From Bacteroidota bacterium (GTDB lineage Bacteria > Bacteroidota > Ignavibacteria > UBA10030), in the NCBI GenBank assembly GCA_035541775.1, contig DATKMP010000120.1:1-39196 (forward strand): 39,196 nt of DNA, written 5' to 3'. Under the pieces are notes generated by a model. The model saw only the letters and a program-made list of their open reading frames with translations, did not search any database and was not told the DNA's origin. Position numbers and translations under genes: made by a program. Below are positions 17,107 to 26,600 of this stretch, piece by piece; position 1 is the first letter of the stretch; the number at the start of each line of letters is the position of its first letter.

Positions 17107-18240
17107 GTGAATCATTTTTTAAATAATAGAGAACAAAGGTTGTTTTTAATGTTGACGTGGTTGAGCTCTGTTTGTCTCTTCGGCACGGGGTGCAATAGTG
17201 TTTCAGCACAAACGTTGCCGAGCTTAAAAGAAGTCTTTAAGAACAATTTTTTGATCGGCGCGGCAATCAATCAAAATCAAATTTCTGAACGCGATACGAT
17301 CGGAGTCGCAATTCTTTCATCGCAATTTAATTCTATCTCACCGGAAAATGTACTAAAATGGGAACGCGTGCATCCGCACTTCGACCGGTACGATTTCGAC
17401 GCTGCGGACCGTTATGTTGCTTTTGGAAAAAAATATGGCATGGCCATCATCGGACATGTTTTGGTCTGGCACAATCAAACACCACCATGGGTCTTTGAAG
17501 ACAGCGCGGGAAAACCGGTAGATCGTGAAACATTGTTGCAACGCATGCACGAGCATATTGCAACGGTGGTCGGCCGATACAAGGGGCAGGTTCATGGCTG
17601 GGATGTTGTGAACGAAGCAGTGAATGAAGACGGCACGCTTCGTGAAAGCCCATGGCTGAAAATAATCGGTGAAGATTATATCGAAAAAGCATTTCAATAT
17701 GCGCATGAAGCCGATCCGTCTGCGGAACTTCATTACAATGATTTCTCGTTGGAGAACAAACCAAAACGCGATGGCGTTTTGAAGTTGATAACGAAGTTGA
17801 AGGAACATGGTGTTCCGGTAACGGCAGTCGGATTGCAAGGGCACTATAAAATGGATTGGCCGACGCTTGCTCAAATCGATACGACGGTTGATGAATTTGG
17901 CAAACTCGGGACGCGTGTTATGATCACCGAATTGGATGTTGATGTTGTTCCTGCCACGCAAGCCAATCGCGGAGCGGATCTTTCATTGAACAATCAACGA
18001 CAAGCGCATGCCGATGTATATGCTGCCGGTTTGCCGGATTCCGTACAGCAAGCGCTTGCAAAACGATATGCCGGCCTCTTTACCGTGTTTCTTCGCCATA
18101 AAGAGATTGAACGGATAACATTTTGGGGCGTAACAGACGCCAATTCGTGGCTCAATACCAGGGGCCGCACCAATTATCCGCTGCTCTTTGATCGAGAAGG
18201 AAAAGCTAAGCCGGCATTCGATGCTGTGATAAAACATTAA
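17107..18240 (+). CDS. GH10 endo-1,4-beta-xylanase with signal peptide and no T9SS C-terminal domain
   Basis: GH10 motifs GHVLVWHNQTPPWVF, GWDVVNEA (acid/base Glu), VMITELDV (nucleophile Glu), ITFWGVTD. The start is GTG 17107 or, more likely, ATG 17149 (MLTWLSSVCLFGTGCNSVSAQ), which gives a possible lipoprotein Cys. Confidence 0.92.
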   Translation: MNHFLNNREQRLFLMLTWLSSVCLFGTGCNSVSAQTLPSLKEVFKNNFLIGAAINQNQISERDTIGVAILSSQFNSISPENVLKWERVHPHFDRYDFDAADRYVAFGKKYGMAIIGHVLVWHNQTPPWVFEDSAGKPVDRETLLQRMHEHIATVVGRYKGQVHGWDVVNEAVNEDGTLRESPWLKIIGEDYIEKAFQYAHEADPSAELHYNDFSLENKPKRDGVLKLITKLKEHGVPVTAVGLQGHYKMDWPTLAQIDTTVDEFGKLGTRVMITELDVDVVPATQANRGADLSLNNQRQAHADVYAAGLPDSVQQALAKRYAGLFTVFLRHKEIERITFWGVTDANSWLNTRGRTNYPLLFDREGKAKPAFDAVIKH

Positions 18241-18260
18241 TGGCATTGTGTGAGAAATTT

Positions 18261-18294
18261 TTGTACAATGGAAACGGTTACATATATACATTGT
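18261..18294 (+). promoter_or_regulatory. Candidate sigma70-type promoter for the TBDT unit (TTGTAC-16 nt-TATATA), flanked by a 6-bp inverted repeat ACAATG/CATTGT
   Basis: -35-like element at 18261-18266 and -10-like element at 18283-18288. ACAATG 18265-18270 pairs with CATTGT 18289-18294. It shares the TTACATAT string with the conserved blocks at 9229 and 15472. Confidence 0.3.
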
Positions 18295-18327
18295 TAGAGA
18301 CGTCAATCAATCGAAAGGAGAATAACT

Positions 18328-21300
18328 GTGAATGATATTTTGAAACAAACGGTGACGACAATAAAGTCGCTTCTAAATCGTGCGGGTTGTCGTTTTAGAT
18401 GCCAAGATATTTTTGTTGGCGGAATTATTTTTATGCTCGCCTCTTCTATGGCGTTGGCAGGCGGAACGATCCGCGGAAAACTGCTTGACAAGGAATCAAA
18501 AGATCCATTACCCGGCGCAAACGTTGTTGTTAAAGGAACAAGTTTGGGTACATCGACGGATATTGATGGCGCGTACGTTATTTACAATGTTCCGGCAGGC
18601 GCACAAACCGTAATCGGATCGTATGTCGGATATCTTTCGCTTTCGGTGACAATCAATGTGACGGAAAATAGTGATATCACACAAAACTTTTATCTTAAGA
18701 GTACGGAAATCGAAGGCGAAGCGGTCGTCGTGACGGGGCAAGCCCAAGGGCAATTGCAAGCGATCAACCAACAAATATCGTCAAACAAAATTGCCAATAT
18801 CGTCTCCGAAGAAAAAATTCAAGAATTGCCCGACTTTAACGCCGCACAGGCAATCGGTCGTTTACCTGGTGTCTCGACAACGAAGAATCAGGGTGAGGAT
18901 AATAAAATAGTTATTAGAGGTTTAGCTCCTCAATTTAATGCGGTTGCCGTTGGCGGTATTACGCTTGCTTCAACGGGAAGCACTCAGATCGGGGCAACTT
19001 CGACCGGCCTCACTTCAGGTACGATGAGTAATGATAGAAGTGTTGACCTTACCATGGTAACTCCCTATATGATCAAATCGATCGAAGTTTATAAGTCGCT
19101 TACTCCTGACATGGAAGCGAACGCAATAGGCGGTTATGTGAACATGGAGTTGAGAGAAGCCCCATCGGGATTGCGCACGAACGTACTGTTTCAAGAAGGT
19201 TATACAGAAAAGAGCAACACCTACGGAAACTATAGAGCCGTGGTTTCGGCGAGCGATCGATTCTTCGGAGATAAAATCGGTGTTTATGTACTCGCAAACG
19301 CAGAACAATACGATCGCAGTGCAGATAACATGAACGCGGGTTACCAAACCGCGAATTCACTTGTGGATTCAACCGGGTTCAGGCAGGTTCGTGTAACCAA
19401 TGTGACACTTGATCGCCATGTTGAAACCAGAAACCGATACGGCGCAAACGTGATTCTGGATTATATGCTGCCCTTCGGCTCTATCAAATCGGTGAATATG
19501 TTCAGCCGCGAGAGGGAGGATTACACGGATTATAGCGAACTTTTGAATTATGCCAGTCCAAACTATGATATAGATTTTCGTTACCGGCAGGGTATCAATA
19601 CGAATGATGTTGCTGTCAATTCTTTAGAATTTACAAATGATTTTAAACTTTTCTCCGTGGATATCAAGGCGGCGAATTCATATTCAAGGAATGCCCAGCC
19701 GCTCTCGCCGTATTATACATTTTTTCAAAACGGCGGCATCAGCCACACAAACGTTCCGACAGGCCATATAAATATACTTCCAGAAAATCTTGTGCATTTT
19801 CTTACCCCACAACCAGACTCGACAACGTTGTTGGGATCGACGAGTATGTTTAGTGCCGCATATCAAGAGAACGATCAAATCTATAAGGGCGATTTCAAAG
19901 TCCCGATGAACATCAGTTCATTCCTCTCCGGCTTCTTTAAGTTCGGCGGTGAATATCGATATAATCTTCAAAAAAATGACCAGAGCACGCCGTATATTTC
20001 AATCAACAAAGGGAATTCCACAAATCGTGATATAAATTATACGGTTGCGCAAGCTATTAATGCACTGTGGCCTAACTTGCGGTATGCAAGTACCGGACAA
20101 CTGGAAGGAGCTAACTTCACCAATAGTGAATCAAAACTTTATAATAGCTTTCTGAGTAACAAATTCGGGAGCATGTATTGGGCTACAAACCCGACCATCC
20201 TGAATGGAATGATGAATTACATCATGAACAATGCTGCTCTTCAGGCAACGAACTCTGTCGGTGGATGGTTCAACGGCCCATACCAAAATCTTCCTAATGA
20301 TTACAAATATTCTGAAAAATATACTGCAGGATACTTGATGGGTGAGTTGGACGTAAGCCAGCAATTTATGATAGTCGGCGGCGCGCGTTATGAAGAAGTT
20401 CATGGCTTGTTCGATGCTTACAACATGGAGGATGAACGTAACCCGGCAATTCAGCCGTATCGAAAGGTCTCGGCCAGTATGTGGAATCATTTCTGGCTCC
20501 CACAGGTACAGGCGAAGTATAGTTTTGGTAATTGGGCAGATTTACGGTATTCATACACGCAGACACTTGCCAGGCCCGATTATACCCAGCTCGATCCGCA
20601 TTATAATATATCGGCCGATTCCCCAAGAAACATCTATTCTGGCAATCCTAACCTTGTACCGGCACAGGCATATAACCACGATGTCTTGTTGTCGCTTCAT
20701 TCCAACGACTTAGGCCTTCTCACCATCGGCGGCTTCTACAAGGAAATAAAAAATTTCACCTATGCCACATCGTACCACCTGCACAGTCAAGCTGTGTATA
20801 ATAAATTTGGTATAACCGGCCTCGACTCTGTAACATCATTCCCCGAATTATCTCCTGTTACGGATGATGATGCAGTGTTGAACACGTTCGTCAACAGTCA
20901 GTATATTGCATATGTAAAGGGACTTGAGGTAGATCTTCAAACGAGACTCTGGTATCTTCCCGCTCCTTTTAACGGAATAGTGCTCGGGATTAATTACACG
21001 CACGTTTGGTCAAGAGCCATTTATCCATACTACGACGAAAATGCTCTTCGAGGCGTGATTACGAAGTTCACCGACAGTACAAGAGTTGGCCGGTTGATTG
21101 ATCAGCCAAATGATATTTTGAACAGTTACGTTGGCTATGATTACAAAGGATTTTCAGCCAAAGTTACCTTTACGTTCCAAGGAAATTCTGTCACCTATGT
21201 CGGAGCATATCCCGAGACGGATGGTTTTTCCAAAGATTATTTTAGTGTCGGTTTTTCCGCGAGACAGATGTTGCCATGGACAGGGCTTTCAATATTCTTC

Positions 21301-21417
21301 GATGCGAACAATCTTAACAGCGAATCGAATATTTCTACTCAGCCGTCGATTGGCGGATTCACTTCTGAAAACTTCTACGGCATGACATTAAATTTAGGTA
21401 TTCGATACGAACTTTAA
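18328..21417 (+). CDS. SusC-like TonB-dependent outer-membrane transporter with N-terminal carboxypeptidase-regulatory-like domain
   Basis: AAGGAG RBS 8 nt before the GTG. The CarbopepD_reg-like segment is GTIRGKLLDKESKDPLPGANVVVKGTSLGTSTDIDGAYVIYNVPAGAQTV. Plug region (VVVTGQAQG..KIANIVSEEKIQELPD.NAAQAIGRLPGV). A long beta-barrel ends in NLGIRYEL. Confidence 0.9.
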   Translation: MNDILKQTVTTIKSLLNRAGCRFRCQDIFVGGIIFMLASSMALAGGTIRGKLLDKESKDPLPGANVVVKGTSLGTSTDIDGAYVIYNVPAGAQTVIGSYVGYLSLSVTINVTENSDITQNFYLKSTEIEGEAVVVTGQAQGQLQAINQQISSNKIANIVSEEKIQELPDFNAAQAIGRLPGVSTTKNQGEDNKIVIRGLAPQFNAVAVGGITLASTGSTQIGATSTGLTSGTMSNDRSVDLTMVTPYMIKSIEVYKSLTPDMEANAIGGYVNMELREAPSGLRTNVLFQEGYTEKSNTYGNYRAVVSASDRFFGDKIGVYVLANAEQYDRSADNMNAGYQTANSLVDSTGFRQVRVTNVTLDRHVETRNRYGANVILDYMLPFGSIKSVNMFSREREDYTDYSELLNYASPNYDIDFRYRQGINTNDVAVNSLEFTNDFKLFSVDIKAANSYSRNAQPLSPYYTFFQNGGISHTNVPTGHINILPENLVHFLTPQPDSTTLLGSTSMFSAAYQENDQIYKGDFKVPMNISSFLSGFFKFGGEYRYNLQKNDQSTPYISINKGNSTNRDINYTVAQAINALWPNLRYASTGQLEGANFTNSESKLYNSFLSNKFGSMYWATNPTILNGMMNYIMNNAALQATNSVGGWFNGPYQNLPNDYKYSEKYTAGYLMGELDVSQQFMIVGGARYEEVHGLFDAYNMEDERNPAIQPYRKVSASMWNHFWLPQVQAKYSFGNWADLRYSYTQTLARPDYTQLDPHYNISADSPRNIYSGNPNLVPAQAYNHDVLLSLHSNDLGLLTIGGFYKEIKNFTYATSYHLHSQAVYNKFGITGLDSVTSFPELSPVTDDDAVLNTFVNSQYIAYVKGLEVDLQTRLWYLPAPFNGIVLGINYTHVWSRAIYPYYDENALRGVITKFTDSTRVGRLIDQPNDILNSYVGYDYKGFSAKVTFTFQGNSVTYVGAYPETDGFSKDYFSVGFSARQMLPWTGLSIFFDANNLNSESNISTQPSIGGFTSENFYGMTLNLGIRYEL

Positions 21418-21534
21418 CGAAAATGAAAAGTGAAGGTATTCCGATTTGTTGCATTTGATCGTAGAAAAAAATATATTTTCACATTGCTGTTTAGTATGAA
21501 TTATTTATTAACCATAAATTAAAGGAGAAGTAAC

Positions 21535-23373
21535 ATGAAAAAAATTGTTATTGCGCTGCTTTTTATTGCGGCAGCATTTTCAGTATCACTTTATGCCCAA
21601 ACAGTTGTGCCGGTTACGAGCGATGCTGTTACTGGTACCGAAGGAAATCTTAACAATCAAATTAACGCTGTGATCACCGCAGATCCCACGGGAGCACAGC
21701 TATCCAACACGGTGTTCCAATTAGCCGCTGGTGGTTATTACGTTCTCACCAGCACAATTACAACGCCGGCACATTCGCATCTTACCCTTGTAGGGCCAGA
21801 TCCGGGTACGACGTTTGAAACATCGTTGCCGCAAATAGTATGGACCAACAGCGGCGGCGTGACGACAACATTTAATTTTGATTGCGGCGGCGATCTCACG
21901 ATGAAGAACATCTGGATTCTCTGCGCAAAAACAAGCGGCGCTCAAGTTGGAACGAGCATCGTGTTAGAGGATGATTCCCTTGCCAATCTGAGCGGCAAAG
22001 GCGAACACTTAGTGATGGATGGCTGCAATATCGATTACCAGAGCATCGGTAATGGCGGCGGAGCGATTGAGCCGTCTTGCAGACACCTTCGCGCACAAAT
22101 TACCAATACCTATTTCCGAAATTGCACCGACCCGCACTACCGTTATTACGGCAGGCCATTATCATTCACCTATCAAAGTACCACATGGCACATCGATACA
22201 GTGAACTTTGAAAATTGCACCTTCGCAAACTGCGGATACGATTATATGCAGGAATCTCCTGAATATGGTGATCATGTTTCATTCAACCATTGCACGTTTG
22301 TGAACACCATGATGTTCACATTAGAATCATCCTATTGGTGGTGGTTGTCGGTGACGAATTGCCTCTTTGTGAACTCGTATATGTTTGGCGACATTCCTTC
22401 CGGAGACGGTGCTAACCATTTTGGCGCCGGTGGATTGGTGAACATCGACAGCGTGAAGTCGTTTGGCTTTACAGTACCTTTTTCAGATTCTACGACAGTT
22501 TCGTCAGCGCTTCAGCGCCATATCCTGATCTCTAACAACAGTTATGGCCATGAAAAATGGTACACAGATTATCTTACGAACAATCCATATTTACCATCCG
22601 GCGATACAGACAAAATACACCGTATGCCTGCGATGAGCAGTAAGACACTGAAGTTCTTCACCGGGACTACAAACAATCAAAAGAACTTTCCCTATATGAC
22701 CCTGGCAAATCTTTATCCGTCTGTTGATACTATTGCTGATTGGCCATGTACCTATAATGCTGCAACAGATCCAGGATTTATTCAAAATCCATGTAACGAA
22801 GATAGCATTAAAGCATTTTTATTAGGCAGATGGTATAACGGAACAGATCATAGCTGGGCATACAATCCCTCTGCGGATGTGGCACAGAGCTGGCCATTGG
22901 CCGAAGACCTATCGTACACAAATCCCACGTTGAAAGCTGCTGCCATGGGTGGTTTCCCGTTAGGCGACCTCTTCCATTGGTGGGGACCAACAAGTACGGT
23001 TGATAAATATACATCATGGCTTGCTCAAGCGCCTGCGGAACGCGCCAGCATCTTGAACCAGTTGACTAATGGTCCTACGTCCGTCAATGGGCGGGGATCA
23101 AATGTTCCTTCAAAATATGAACTGAATCAGAACTACCCGAATCCGTTCAACCCATCAACCGTCATCAAATTTTCACTGCCCGTTCAGAGCAATGTCCGGT
23201 TGGAGTTGTTGAATATCTTAGGACAGGTTGTAAAAGTGGTGGCTGCGGGAACATACAGTGCAGGTTCTCATGAAGTGACCTTGAATGCTTCTTCACTTGC
23301 AAGCGGCGTGTATTTCTACAAACTTCAAACAGAGAATTTCTCTTCTGTGAAGAAAATGCTTCTGTTGAAGTAA
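21535..23373 (+). CDS. Secreted 612-aa protein of unknown function with a predicted right-handed beta-helix-like core and a T9SS C-terminal sorting domain. It occupies the position of SusD
   Basis: AAGGAG RBS. Signal peptide (AAAFSVSLYAQ). Quasi-periodic coils LTMKNIWI / LVMDGCNI / ITNTYFRNC / VNFENCTF / VSFNHCTF / SVTNCLFV spaced about 22-36 aa apart. C-terminal YELNQNYPNPFNPST..GVYFYKL..KKMLLLK. Confidence 0.8.
   Translation: MKKIVIALLFIAAAFSVSLYAQTVVPVTSDAVTGTEGNLNNQINAVITADPTGAQLSNTVFQLAAGGYYVLTSTITTPAHSHLTLVGPDPGTTFETSLPQIVWTNSGGVTTTFNFDCGGDLTMKNIWILCAKTSGAQVGTSIVLEDDSLANLSGKGEHLVMDGCNIDYQSIGNGGGAIEPSCRHLRAQITNTYFRNCTDPHYRYYGRPLSFTYQSTTWHIDTVNFENCTFANCGYDYMQESPEYGDHVSFNHCTFVNTMMFTLESSYWWWLSVTNCLFVNSYMFGDIPSGDGANHFGAGGLVNIDSVKSFGFTVPFSDSTTVSSALQRHILISNNSYGHEKWYTDYLTNNPYLPSGDTDKIHRMPAMSSKTLKFFTGTTNNQKNFPYMTLANLYPSVDTIADWPCTYNAATDPGFIQNPCNEDSIKAFLLGRWYNGTDHSWAYNPSADVAQSWPLAEDLSYTNPTLKAAAMGGFPLGDLFHWWGPTSTVDKYTSWLAQAPAERASILNQLTNGPTSVNGRGSNVPSKYELNQNYPNPFNPSTVIKFSLPVQSNVRLELLNILGQVVKVVAAGTYSAGSHEVTLNASSLASGVYFYKLQTENFSSVKKMLLLK
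23116..23370 (+). other. T9SS C-terminal sorting domain (Por_Secre_tail type) of the 612-aa protein
   Basis: YELNQNYPNPFNPSTVIKFSLP....LNILGQVV....AGSHEVTLNASSLASGVYFYKLQTENFSSVKKMLLLK. Confidence 0.85.
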
Positions 23374-23399
23374 TGATTCTTTTTAATATCTATTATTCG

Positions 23400-23439
23400 C
23401 ATCGGAGATCCTTTCTTGGGATCTCCGATGAAAATTTTT
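23400..23439 (+). terminator. Stem-loop terminator after the 612-aa gene
   Basis: CATCGGAGATCC-tttcttg-GGATCTCCGATG is a perfect 12-bp stem, followed by AAAATTTTT. Confidence 0.6.
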
Positions 23440-23657
23440 CATAAAAATGTAATAGAAATAAAAAAATAAGGAGGTGGTTTAAATCAGCTTGGGATGTAAG
23501 GCGTAGCGCTGTTTGTTTTAGCTTTAATCACGTAAAAGTGATTGGTTGTATGTAAAAAAAATATTTTCCTTTTTTGCGGAGAATATTTTGGAGTTACAAA
23601 TTGTATGAAACACTTTTTAATTAACAACTATCCAACAACAAAAACCTTGGAGGAATT

Positions 23658-26600
23658 ATGAAAAGGTTTACGATACTAATACCAGCCCTAGTACTCGTCC
23701 TCGTATTGGGAATGAGTCTGGCAACTGGTCAGGTGGCGGACCCAGTTTTTTCTGGCGGCCCGGGTTTGACTATACCATCAGGCGCCGCAAACGGCGGCTT
23801 TGCATGGGGCGATGTGAACGGAGACGGTTTTCTCGATGTCTTTATTCCGTCGAATAACATAATGCTCAATAGTAGCGGCACGACGTTCACTGCATCGACA
23901 ACAATGACGGCGAATGTAACGGTTAGCACGAACTCTGTCGGATGTTTACTTGCCGATTTCAACGGCGACGGAGTTCTCGATCTGTTCACAACGAATGGCG
24001 GAACACCCAGTTCTGGCCTCTACTATAACACCGCTGGTGTATTTACCGCGGCAACCGGAACAGGCGATCTTGCCAATGCAGGAGTTACGGGCGAAGTTTT
24101 CCAAGGTGCTGCGGTAGCAGATATTAATCACAGCAATTACCTTAGTATTACTTGGCCAGGAAACTTCACAAATATTTCAGCTAGTGCCGGCCCATATCCC
24201 AGCGGCGGCGGTATTTGGCTGCTGAAAGGCAATGCAGGCGGAACGTTTACCAATCTTGGAAACGGAGCATATGCGGATATCACTGCAAATATTGTAGATG
24301 TTTTTTCAGGTAGCGCCATTGGTACAGCAATCACCGGTATCGGCTGGAGTGCTTCGGATGCTAACGCAACAGTCGCCGCTGATCCGGTTGTCAGTTCAAA
24401 CAAAGTTATGAAAGTTAAAATTGGCAACTATAATGCAGCGCCTGTACTTTCATTTTCCATACCTGCCGGCAGAACACTGGCAAACTATAACAAATTCATC
24501 TTCAAGGGCTATTGGGCACAGGGAGATGTTGGTTACAAGAGTATTGTTGTTGAAGCGTCCCAATCGTCTCCGACGGGACAGGCGTTTAACAACACAGGCG
24601 GAAAAGTTCAAATTGGTTCAGTGAGTCGCTCTAAAGGCGCTTCCACTGCATGGGAATATGATACAGTGGTCATTGCCAATAGTTCCAGTCTTAGCGGAAC
24701 GGTCTATCTTGATTTTGGAATAAATTGTGCAGGTAAAGGAGCGCTTGGCACTGTTACTACCGCTGATAGTTCAACGCAATGGTATGCGGATAGTGTCACG
24801 CTTATAGGAGCGCCAGCTCCAGCTCAAGCCATCGATACGACACTTTCGCATGAAGCATGGCAGCTTTCTTTCCTTGATGCAAACAATGATGGATATCCTG
24901 ATTTATTAATGCCGAGTTTCCGAAATGGACTCTCCTTAATCGACACCGGTACAGCAGGTGGTCGTAAAGGATGCGTCTTATATATGAACGATGGAACAGG
25001 TAAATTTATTGTTCCTAACGCAACTACGCTTGGACGCCCAATTTATTCGGTCGGTGCAAGTGGAGCCAGCACAACAGTTGATACCGGAATCATTGTTGAC
25101 GATACAGTTCGTCACTTTGGCGCCATCGGCGAACAATGGGGCGACCTCAACAACGATGGTAACATGGATCTGATATTGAGCTGTAATAGTGCGGTAAATA
25201 ATAATAGCACTGGAGCTCTGGTGAACATTATTATTCTGTATGGAAAAGGCGATGGCACGTTCACGTACAAGTGGAATGGAACAAGCATTGTTACCGCCAA
25301 TGGAATTGTACAGAATGGAAACCAACGCTCGATAGGCATTGGCGACTACAACAATGACGGGCTGCAAGATATCGTGACACACGAGACATACAGCGGTCCT
25401 GTCCATTTGTACAAGAATAACGGCGATGGCACGTTCACTGACGTAGCGACCAATCTTGGCCTGACGCCGGTGAGCGGTACCATACGATCTGTGCAGTTTG
25501 TTGATTACAATAACGATGGGTTCCTGGATGTTTTTGCATGGTCTGGCGGCGCTGGCGGCAATCTTTTGCAGAAAAGCGGCGGCAACACCAACCATTGGAT
25601 TGGTTTCAAACCTATCGGCTCAGGTCACAATATGTCGGCTATTGGTGCGCGCTTTACCGTGTACACCGGAACGACAAAGCAAGTTCGCGATATTAAAGCT
25701 GAAGCCGGCGAAGGAGCTCAAGGTGGAGAATTAAGAGCGCTCTTCGGAATTGGAGCAAACACAAAAGTTGACAGCGTGAATGTTCGATGGCCGGATGGAA
25801 CAAGCACAATGTACAATTTCGGTAGTGCAAGCAATACTCTTGCGGTAAATAAGTATTATACCGTGCAAGAAGGATCGATCATTCCGTCAACACCTGCAAC
25901 GGGAAGACCGTCATGGGCATCGGCAGATACTTCTTTGCCTTCTGTGAACACGATGACGTGGCATAAAGTGGCAAGTGGAGCACAACCGTTGACGTATCAA
26001 ATACAAATTGGTACCAACAAGGCAATGTCCACGATCCTTCAAAGTTTCACAGGATTAACAGATACCACGAAATCTGTGAAGCTTCCTCTGGCAACGAAAC
26101 TCTACTGGCGTGTATCTTCATGGAATAACGATTTCCAGAGTGCATGGTCGGTGGTAGATAGTTTCCGTACCAATATGACGCCTGTGGCGCCAACAGCGAT
26201 ACCTCCAATTCTTTCACCGGCAGTGAACAGCACAACCGTGCCGAAGATTCCTGTGATTACATTGGGAAGTATTTCGACGGCATATACATATCATATTCAA
26301 ATTGATACGTTGAATACGTTTGCACACAGAGATTCAGTAAAATCGTATTCAGGCCTCATTCTTAATGATTCAACATCATTCTTAGATACAGTTGAAACAA
26401 TTAAGTCTGTGACATTTACGAACAGCAAGAAATATTTCTATCGCGTTCGTGGATGGAATGCTGCCGGTGCATCGAATTTCTCTGCAGTGGATTCGTTCAC
26501 CATCATGTTTATTCCAGCACCGCCAAGCATGATCTATCCGGCGCATAACCAAGCAAACGTGCCAGTCAATCCTCTTACGTTCAAATGGCATACAGTTGCT

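Noticed and set aside
23466-23510. An orphan strong Shine-Dalgarno-like sequence, AAGGAGGTG, followed only by 2-6-codon mini-ORFs. A similar GGAAGGAGGG occurs at about 9103.
   Set aside because: No plausible ORF follows either one. They could be leader-peptide or anti-SD elements, but nothing in the sequence supports a specific model.
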